From positions 1 through 12,694 of the forward strand of contig JAWODM010000036.1 of the NCBI GenBank assembly GCA_046483305.1: DNA of 12,694 nt, written 5' to 3'. Position numbers and translations under genes: made by a program. The DNA is from Candidatus Krumholzibacteriales bacterium (lineage in GTDB: Bacteria > Krumholzibacteriota > Krumholzibacteriia > Krumholzibacteriales > WJIX01). Shown here piece by piece: positions 6,161 through 12,694 of this stretch. The notes below the pieces were generated by a model. That model was not told the DNA's origin. It made no database searches and saw nothing but the letters and a program-made list of their open reading frames with translations. Each line of letters begins with the position of its first letter. The first letter of the stretch is position 1.

Positions 6161-9100
6161 ATGAAAAGCAGAATAATAGAATACGTTTTGAAGCGCAGGT
6201 GGGCTGTGGTGATCGCTTTCGCCGGCATCTGCGTTCTGGGAACCGCCTCCCTTCTGAAGATGCCGATTGACGCTTTTCCTGATATCAGCCCCAACCTGGT
6301 TCAGGTGTTCGCGGAGATGGAGGGAACCGCCCCGGAGGAAGTTGAGCAGTTCGTCACCCGGCCGGTGGAGATAGCCATGAGGGGGATAACTGGAGTGGAG
6401 AAGATTCGCTCCACTTCGTCTCCCGGGCTTTCCACGGTAAATATCTATTTCAGGGACGATATCGATATCTACCTGGCCAGGCAGCTGGTGGCTGAAAGGC
6501 TCCGGGAGGCCGAAGAGCAGATACCGGAGACGGTGAACATGCACCACGGGCTGGAGATGGGAGCGATAGCAAGCGGTATGGGGAAGATACTCTCGTACTA
6601 CCTGGACTCTGATAGCCTCAGCACTACCGAACTGAGAACCATACAGGACTGGATTGTCAAGCGGGAGATACAGACGGTAAGCGGAGTGGCCAAGGTGATC
6701 AGCCAGGGAGGTTATGTCAGGCAGTATCAGATCAGGGTCAGCCCGGGCAAACTCCTGGAATACGATGTTACCATAAACGATGTAATAGAGGCGGTTAAGG
6801 AGAACAACCTGAACACCGGAGCCGGGATAATTGAGAGGGGGGCTGAAGAGCTGGTGGTCAGGACTGTCGGGCTTGCCGGGAACCTGGAAGATATCGGCAG
6901 GATCGTGATAGACGCTCGCGGCTCGGTCCCGGTCCAGGTAATGGATGTCGCCGATGTTCGCTACGGCAGGGCTTTCAGAAGGGGGGTGGGCCTTCTCAAC
7001 GGTGATGAGGAGATAGTCATGGGCGGTGTCTATAAGACATACGGAGCCAATTCATTCGAGGTCATAGGAAGGCTCAGGGAAAGGATAGAGCAGATAAACA
7101 GGACCCTCCCGGAGGGGGTAAGTATCAGGATATATTACGACCAGTCCGCCCTGGTCAAAAACAGTATAGATACGGTCAGAAGAGCTCTGATCCTCGGGCT
7201 GATACTGGTCTGCCTGGTATCCTTCCTCTTTCTGGGAGATTTCAGAAACGCCCTGATAGTTCTATTTTCGCTGCCGTTCTCCATGCTGTTTTCCTTCATC
7301 TTCATGCACAGGTTCGGGATCCCCGGGGACCTCATCTCCTTCGGGGGGGTGGCCATAGCGCTGGGGATGATAGTGGATGCCACCATTATCATGGTGGAGA
7401 AGATCCAGTCTTTCTCCAGCGGAGAGAGCATGCTGATAAGAGACAGGATCGTATCCGCGGTCATGGAGGTGGGCAAACCGATCCTTTTCGCAACCTTTAT
7501 AATAATAATCGTCTTCCTGCCCATCTTCACCCTCGGCGATGTGGAGGGAAAGATGTTCAGGCCTCTGGCGTTCGCTGTCTCCTTCACCATGTTCGGCGCG
7601 CTCATATATGCCCTGATCGGGGCCCCGGTACTGTACCGGCTCCTTCACGGAAAGAGCTCAAGGGGAGGCAGAAGCAGGGATGTTCATCCGGCGGTGATCA
7701 GCCGTTACCTGGCGGTCCTGAAATATTTCCTGGAGCGAAGGAAGAAGGTGGTCGTATTCATGGCTGTTCTGATAGCGGCCGGCCTGCTGACCTTCGCCGG
7801 CATGGGAAAAGAATTCATGCCGGAGCTCGGGGAGGGATCCATCCAGGTTTTCGCCTACATGAACCCCAACATCTCCCTTGCCGAGATAACCAGGACCACC
7901 GGAGAGATAGCAGAGGATATCAAGAGCTTCCCTGAAATCCGGAATGTGGTGGCCGATATCGGTTACGGAGAGGTAGGCCCCCACATGCACCACACCAACT
8001 ACGCCTGCATAAATGTTACCCTCAATCCGAAGAAGCAGTGGAAGAATGCCCGGACCCGGGAGGAGCTGGTCTCACAGATCAGCGGCCGCATAGAAAACTA
8101 TCCCGGTGTATCCGTCTCCTTCTCCCAGCCGATAAAGCACGAGGTCGACGGGCTGATCGCCGGGGCCGGTGCCGCGGTGGTGGCCAGAATATTCGGCCAT
8201 GACCTTGAGATTCTCCGGGAGAAGGCCGCCGAGGTCAACCGGCTTCTTTCCGGGATAGAGGGGGTGGCCGACCTCAGAACCGAGCAGGTGGACGGCCAGG
8301 CCCAGCTGCTGATAGATATTGACGACAGCAGAACGGCCAGGCACGGCCTTGCCGGCGCCCCGATTCAGAACACCCTGCGGGCGGCCATAGCGGGGGTGGA
8401 GGCGGGAAAGGTTTTCGAAGGGGAAAAGGTATTCGGGATCAATGTCAGGTTCGACCGCCGCTACAGGGAAAGCCCCGAAGATGCGGCGGGGATTCTGATC
8501 CGGGCCCCCGGAGGTTACAACGTGCCGGTCAGAGAACTCGCCGATATAAGGACAGTGACCGGCCTGAGGCAGATAAGCAGGGAGGATACCAGGCGGTACA
8601 TATCGGTTCAGTGTAACGTCCGGGGCAGGGATGTGGGAAGTTTCGTGGAGGAGGCAAGAGAGCTGGCTGAGAATAATATTGATCTGCCCGGCGGTTACCG
8701 CCTGGCCTGGGGAGGGCAGTTCGAGCTGAAGCAGGCGGCGGACAGAAGGCTCGCCCTGATAATTCCGATAACCCTGCTGTTGGTGCTTCTGATGCTCTAC
8801 GGGCTGTTCAATTCATTCAGGACAGTTCTTCTGATAATGCTTAATATACCGCTGGCGCTGGTGGGCGGGGTGTTCGCCCTGGCGCTTTTCGGCGAGAACG
8901 TTAGCATACCCTCTTCCATAGGCTTTATAGCACTGTTCGGTATAGCTCTCACCGACGGGCTGGTGCTTATATCCAGGTTCGGCTACCTGAAAGACAGGGG
9001 GCTGAGCCTCCGGGATACGGTGATCTCCGGCTGCGCTTCAAAGTTCAGGCCGGTGGTCATGACCACCCTGACCACGGCGCTGGGCCTGTTCCCCCTGGTG

Positions 9101-9244
9101 ATCGCCTCCGGAACCGGCTCCGAGATACAGAGGCCCCTGGCCATAGTTGTCATTGGCGGGCTGGTCTCCTCCACCCTGCTGACTCTGCTGGTACTCCCGA
9201 CTATCTACGAGTGGGTATCGGAAAGAGGCAGGGACAGGCAGTAG
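6161..9244 (+). CDS. czcA: CusA/CzcA-family heavy-metal efflux RND permease
   Basis: 1027 aa. HME-RND motifs PIDAFPDIS..LVQV, APEEVEQFVT.PVE, ELRTIQDWIVK, YYDQS.LV, EGKMFRPLA, EFMPEL.EG, WGGQFE, G.GSEIQRPLAIVVIGGLVSSTLLTL. GGAG SD at 6149-6152. The symbol denotes the family; the substrate is uncertain. Confidence 0.96.
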   Translation: MKSRIIEYVLKRRWAVVIAFAGICVLGTASLLKMPIDAFPDISPNLVQVFAEMEGTAPEEVEQFVTRPVEIAMRGITGVEKIRSTSSPGLSTVNIYFRDDIDIYLARQLVAERLREAEEQIPETVNMHHGLEMGAIASGMGKILSYYLDSDSLSTTELRTIQDWIVKREIQTVSGVAKVISQGGYVRQYQIRVSPGKLLEYDVTINDVIEAVKENNLNTGAGIIERGAEELVVRTVGLAGNLEDIGRIVIDARGSVPVQVMDVADVRYGRAFRRGVGLLNGDEEIVMGGVYKTYGANSFEVIGRLRERIEQINRTLPEGVSIRIYYDQSALVKNSIDTVRRALILGLILVCLVSFLFLGDFRNALIVLFSLPFSMLFSFIFMHRFGIPGDLISFGGVAIALGMIVDATIIMVEKIQSFSSGESMLIRDRIVSAVMEVGKPILFATFIIIIVFLPIFTLGDVEGKMFRPLAFAVSFTMFGALIYALIGAPVLYRLLHGKSSRGGRSRDVHPAVISRYLAVLKYFLERRKKVVVFMAVLIAAGLLTFAGMGKEFMPELGEGSIQVFAYMNPNISLAEITRTTGEIAEDIKSFPEIRNVVADIGYGEVGPHMHHTNYACINVTLNPKKQWKNARTREELVSQISGRIENYPGVSVSFSQPIKHEVDGLIAGAGAAVVARIFGHDLEILREKAAEVNRLLSGIEGVADLRTEQVDGQAQLLIDIDDSRTARHGLAGAPIQNTLRAAIAGVEAGKVFEGEKVFGINVRFDRRYRESPEDAAGILIRAPGGYNVPVRELADIRTVTGLRQISREDTRRYISVQCNVRGRDVGSFVEEARELAENNIDLPGGYRLAWGGQFELKQAADRRLALIIPITLLLVLLMLYGLFNSFRTVLLIMLNIPLALVGGVFALALFGENVSIPSSIGFIALFGIALTDGLVLISRFGYLKDRGLSLRDTVISGCASKFRPVVMTTLTTALGLFPLVIASGTGSEIQRPLAIVVIGGLVSSTLLTLLVLPTIYEWVSERGRDRQ

Positions 9245-9297
9245 AGGAAGGGCGTAAGAGATCGGGCAAAATTCAGTCAATGGGCCGGGAGTGGAGT

Positions 9298-9319
9298 TAT
9301 TTACATCAGCGTGTAAATA
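9298..9319. terminator. Inverted repeat between convergent czcA and mltB-like genes; possible weak terminator
   Basis: Perfect 8-bp arms TATTTACA (9298-9305) and TGTAAATA (9312-9319), 6-nt loop, followed by TTTAT on the + strand. The stem is AT-rich, so it is atypical for an intrinsic terminator. Confidence 0.35.
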
Positions 9320-9320
9320 T

Positions 9321-10217
9321 TTATATCTTCACCCCGGCTTCTCTGAGCGCGTCGGCGTATTTCTTGACTCCCCTGACATAGGTGCTGTCGGGGTTGTACC
9401 TCTTGAATGAATATTCTCTTCCTCTTTGCCTGTATTCATGTTCTGTCAGAAAGTTTGCTACCGAAATAATCGCATCCGGCATGCTGAAGAGATCGATCCT
9501 GCCGTCCCCGTCTCCGTCCCGGGCGAACCTCATCGAAGCGGGCATGAACTGGGGGTATCCGATCGCCCCCGCCCTCGATCCCCTGACTTCAGCGGGATCA
9601 AAATTCATCTCCGCTCCACGATTGAGAAGGGCGGCAAGGTTGTAGAGAGCGCTCTTTTCAAGCCTGCGGCCTCTTTTCATGGCTTCCTCCCGGGTCATCG
9701 CGCCCTTTTCCCCGAATGCGCCCTCCCTTTCAAATCCCTCGATGTATTCTTCCCACAGAAAGTACTGGCCTATGAAGATCTGAATGATTTTCTGGCTTCC
9801 TGTTATGCTCCCCAGGCTGCTCTCCGAGTTGAGGATCGCGATTATGTCCGCGGGCTGGACCTGGAATCTATCGTGGACCTCTCTGAATATCTCCCTGTGC
9901 TCCTCGAAGAACCGGATCCCCTTATCAATAGATTCCCTGTCAATATCTTTCAGAAAGGCTTTCTCGTGCTGAATCTTCTGTTTCCTGATAGAGAGCGGAT
10001 TCAATAGAAACCTGAGATTCCTGTCCGTATTTTCCTCCATCTTCGCCACATCCGGGGAGCTGAAGAGCTTTCTGAGCTCGGTTTCTGAATAGTTTTTCCT
10101 GACCAGACTGTAGAGCCGGTTGAACTTTTCCGGCTGATCGGAGGCGACATCTGCCATTCCGGAGACAGCCCGGGGCAGCAGAAAGAGTATTACCATCACA
10201 AGAAAACGTTTCATCAT
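9321..10217 (-). CDS. mltB: Lytic murein transglycosylase, MltB-like (family 3 / GH103), secreted
   Basis: ORF track 9321..10280. Likely start ATG 10217 or 10214 (MMKRFLVMVILFLLPRAVSG signal peptide). Motifs: IIAIL.SESSLG (catalytic Glu position), GSRAGAIGYPQFMPAS, EF-hand-like DGDGDGRIDL, DAIISVANFL, RYN.DS.YV. Confidence 0.9.
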   Translation of the reverse strand: MMKRFLVMVILFLLPRAVSGMADVASDQPEKFNRLYSLVRKNYSETELRKLFSSPDVAKMEENTDRNLRFLLNPLSIRKQKIQHEKAFLKDIDRESIDKGIRFFEEHREIFREVHDRFQVQPADIIAILNSESSLGSITGSQKIIQIFIGQYFLWEEYIEGFEREGAFGEKGAMTREEAMKRGRRLEKSALYNLAALLNRGAEMNFDPAEVRGSRAGAIGYPQFMPASMRFARDGDGDGRIDLFSMPDAIISVANFLTEHEYRQRGREYSFKRYNPDSTYVRGVKKYADALREAGVKI

Positions 10218-10564
10218 ATTACCCAGCAGCATTAAATTATCGTGCCAGAGCTTTAATTTTCTATATCGCCGGTTAAGCACAGAAGTTTAAATACGTTACG
10301 TTAATGCATCTTCTTTTCCCTTGTAGAGGAAGATTGCATTATGTTAAAACATGGGTAACCGGCTGCATCATGCGGCGTTTGCATAATCGTTTCGGCCCAC
10401 CCCGGCCACCGGCCCGTTATTTAAAAATATATCAATCCGGATTCTGCAGTCAAATTAAACGGATGTTTTTAATAATTATTTAATCTTCATTTTTCGGCTG
10501 AAAACAGGTTTCTGCAGATTTGTTCACCGAAGCATTTCTTTCTTCGAGGGGACATCTGATGTTA

Positions 10565-10580
10565 AGGCCCGGAAATTGCA
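10565..10580 (+). promoter_or_regulatory. Candidate sigma-54 (-24/-12) promoter for the pga-like operon
   Basis: AGGCCCGGAAATTGCA versus consensus TGGCACGNNNNTTGCW. GG (10566-67) and GC (10578-79) are exactly 10 nt apart, about 95 nt before the TTG at 10674. Confidence 0.6.
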
Positions 10581-10673
10581 TGAATTTAAATAAGATGCAT
10601 TCCCTTCACCGGGAAATAAGATAAAGAGATTTGCTGATGGGCGTTACTTAGAGTTCGTGAAGGCGGAAGAAAA

Positions 10674-11141
10674 TTGAATTCTACAAAAGGCAATGGCGCT
10701 GACAGGGAGTTAAAGCCTAAAAAAGGCGGGTACTTACGCCTGGCTCTGCATGTGATCCTGATCTCAGTGGGTTGGATTTTCTTCGGTTACTTCTGGTATA
10801 CAGTGATAAAGAGGGGCTGGTACGGAAGAGGAATTCCCCTGACACTTATTGCGATGGCCCTGTTTTCTGTTCTGCTGGTTGTCCTCATATCTCTCTGGAT
10901 CAAGCATAATAAGAATATCGCCAGAGAAAACAGAAGAAAATCGGTACCCGAAATAGAAGACAGCTCCTTCCTCAAGGACAAGACAGGGCTTCAGGTGGTC
11001 TTTGAAGATATTTCTCTGCTCAGGAAGGCGCCGGTTGTGGAGATAGAGATAAGGGGGGGCAGGAAATTCATCAGGCCCGGATCTGGTGATATGCCCGGAG
11101 CTGCCGGCAGCCCGGAAGAAGGATCAGGTCAGGAAGAATAA
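10674..11141 (+). CDS. Two-TM membrane protein, PgaD-like accessory subunit of PNAG synthase
   Basis: Two hydrophobic helices followed by W.KHN...ARENRRK, resembling the PgaD W..YN..RF...RR segment; 155 aa. Its stop overlaps the pgaC start (TAATG 11139-11143). Confidence 0.7.
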   Translation: MNSTKGNGADRELKPKKGGYLRLALHVILISVGWIFFGYFWYTVIKRGWYGRGIPLTLIAMALFSVLLVVLISLWIKHNKNIARENRRKSVPEIEDSSFLKDKTGLQVVFEDISLLRKAPVVEIEIRGGRKFIRPGSGDMPGAAGSPEEGSGQEE

Positions 11142-12400
11142 TGGATATCATTAACATTCTGGAAATTATTGAAAATTCGGCATGGTACATGGCGGCTCTC
11201 GCCTTCTTCGCCTGGTACCCGATATTCTCCAGCATAATGTGGATATTCACCGCCATCATTTACTTTTTCAGGAGAGAGAAGGGGGAGCCCGGCGAATTCT
11301 ACAGCATGGACAGTTATCCGAGCGTCACAGTGCTGATTCCGGCCTTCAATGAAGAGAAGAACATAGAGGAAGTGCTGGAGAATGTATGCGGGATAGATTA
11401 CCCCGACTTTGAAGTGGTGGTTGTGGATGACGCCTCCACCGACAGCACCGCCGCAGTTGTCCAGAGTTTCGTAAGAGAGGGTAAAGCCCGCCTGATAAGA
11501 AAGAAGGACAATCAGGGAAAGGCGATGGCGCTGAACGACGCGATTCCCTGCACCAGCGGAGAAATAATCCTTATCATTGACGCCGACGCGGTGCCTGACA
11601 GAGATATCCTGAAATACATGGTTCCGCATTTCAGGTATCCGCGGGTTGGAAGTGTTACCGGCAACCCCAGGGTGTTCAACCGGGAGACCATTCTTGGAAA
11701 GCTTCAGGCGATTGAGTTTTCTTCCATAATAAGTATCCAGAGGCGGGCCCAGAGGATCTGGGGGCGCCTGATGACCATGTCGGGGGTGGTGGGAGCGTTC
11801 AGGCGGAGCGCCCTGTACCATGTGGGCATGTATAATCCTGAAATGGCCACTGAAGACATAGATATCACCTGGAAGCTTCAGATGAAGCATTACGATGTCC
11901 GTTACGAAGCGAGATCGGTGGTGTGGATGAGGGTTCCCAATTCATTGAGGGGATTGTGGAGGCAGAGAAAGAGGTGGGCGCTGGGCCAGGGACAGGTGAT
12001 CGGAAGACACGGCCCCTCCGCCCTGATATGGAGGCACAGAAGGCTGTGGCCGATACTGGCAGAATCAATTGTTTCGATACTATGGTCCTACGATTTTGTT
12101 ATTCTCACCATTCTGTGGACTACTTCCTATTTCATGGGAGTCCCACCGGTGGGAGCTTCTCCGATTCCGAACTGGTGGGGCATGCTGATCTCTTCGGTAT
12201 GCCTGATGCAGCTTCTGACCGGGGTTCTGCTGGACCGTCATTACGACAGAAGCCTGGGGTGGTATTTTGGAGCGGCGGTTTTCTACCCGATAATTTACTG
12301 GATACTGCTGGCTGTACTTACTGCCTTATTCTCCATAAGAGGGATACTGAAGAGGCCGAAGAAGGGGGAGGTAACAAGATGGAAACCGATAAGAGAGTGA
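11141..12400 (+). CDS. pgaC: Poly-beta-1,6-N-acetyl-D-glucosamine synthase (GT2, PgaC/IcaA family)
   Basis: FFAWYP..S..WI N-terminal TM, IPAFNEE, VVDDASTD, NQGKAMALN, IDADA (DxD), VTGNPRV.NR, EFSSII....RAQR, TEDIDITWKLQ, QRKRWA.G (QxxRW), C-terminal TMs with YP.IYW. Confidence 0.93.
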   Translation: MDIINILEIIENSAWYMAALAFFAWYPIFSSIMWIFTAIIYFFRREKGEPGEFYSMDSYPSVTVLIPAFNEEKNIEEVLENVCGIDYPDFEVVVVDDASTDSTAAVVQSFVREGKARLIRKKDNQGKAMALNDAIPCTSGEIILIIDADAVPDRDILKYMVPHFRYPRVGSVTGNPRVFNRETILGKLQAIEFSSIISIQRRAQRIWGRLMTMSGVVGAFRRSALYHVGMYNPEMATEDIDITWKLQMKHYDVRYEARSVVWMRVPNSLRGLWRQRKRWALGQGQVIGRHGPSALIWRHRRLWPILAESIVSILWSYDFVILTILWTTSYFMGVPPVGASPIPNWWGMLISSVCLMQLLTGVLLDRHYDRSLGWYFGAAVFYPIIYWILLAVLTALFSIRGILKRPKKGEVTRWKPIRE

Positions 12401-12455
12401 TGATATTCGAAGAGGCCGGCTGCCGCGAAACGGCATGCGCGACAAAGGAAAGAAA

Positions 12456-12694
12456 TTGATCTTGAAAGGTAATATTAATAAGGCGCTTCTGATTGCGGCC
12501 CTGCTTGTTCTGGCCTTCAGCAGAGCTGCTTCCGGCGACGAGCCGGAGGATTTGATCAGGTCCGCCAGGGAGGCGGCTGCTTCCGACAGGCACCGGGAAG
12601 CTATAAGGCACTATCTGGCTGCGGTAAGGGCCGACAGTTCTCTGGCCGCGGAGCTGGGCAAAGAGATAGGGTATCAGTACACCTGGAGCGAAAA
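12456..12694 (+). CDS. Secreted TPR-like protein, possibly PgaA-like export protein; 3'-truncated by the window edge (absent from ORF track)
   Basis: Hand translation from TTG 12456 (AAGGA at 12445-12449; alternative in-frame ATG at 12435): MILKGNINKALLIAALLVLAFSRAASG-DEPEDLIRSAREAAASDRHREAIRHYLAAVRADSSLAAELGKEIGYQYTWSE, open to the end. Signal peptide plus TPR-like helical pattern, directly after pgaC. Confidence 0.75.
   Translation, partial: MILKGNINKALLIAALLVLAFSRAASGDEPEDLIRSAREAAASDRHREAIRHYLAAVRADSSLAAELGKEIGYQYTWSE

Noticed and set aside
7343..7349. G7 homopolymer in czcA as a phase-variation tract
   Set aside because: The tract is short, in frame, and encodes the conserved GG(V) of TM4.
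10322..10349. TTATGTTAAAA (10339-10349) matches the XerD arm of a dif site at 10 of 11 positions
   Set aside because: The position of the XerC arm (10322-10332, TGTAGAGGAAG) has no resemblance to the consensus, so this is not a complete dif site.
10684..10740. AAAGGCAA...AAAGCCTAA resembling a c-di-GMP-I riboswitch near the pga genes
   Set aside because: It lacks GCAAACC, the GNRA-capped P2 and GACGCAAAGC, and it lies inside the pgaD-like coding sequence.
12421..12435. Small hairpin TGCCG-CGAAA-CGGCA after pgaC as a terminator
   Set aside because: It has only a 5-bp stem, no U-tract, and the next gene starts immediately downstream.

Overview
Bacterial genomic window, mostly ~50-60% GC with an AT-rich left end. 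From left to right: (i) the 3' part of an AT-rich hypothetical gene running in from the left edge; (ii) a minus-strand pair encoding an AsmA/DUF748-like protein and a DUF4197 lipoprotein; (iii) a plus-strand heavy-metal efflux operon made of a Cys/His-rich leader ORF followed by CzcC/CzcB/CzcA-family genes, the adaptor carrying a 60-bp His-rich tandem repeat; (iv) a convergent, compact MltB-type lytic transglycosylase; (v) the start of a PNAG (poly-beta-1,6-GlcNAc) locus behind a good sigma-54 promoter match, in the order pgaD-like, pgaC, then a secreted TPR (PgaA-like) gene cut by the right edge. The strongest candidate for an undescribed system is the leader ORF (2744-3175). Its stop codon is predicted to base-pair with the Shine-Dalgarno of czcC in a multibranch RNA structure, suggesting metal-responsive translational control by a leader peptide that lacks the RAPP arrest motif. 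The RND pump also has an unusual His-cluster site in place of the CusA Met triad. All assignments come from motif recognition and hand pairing; no searches or folding programs were run.
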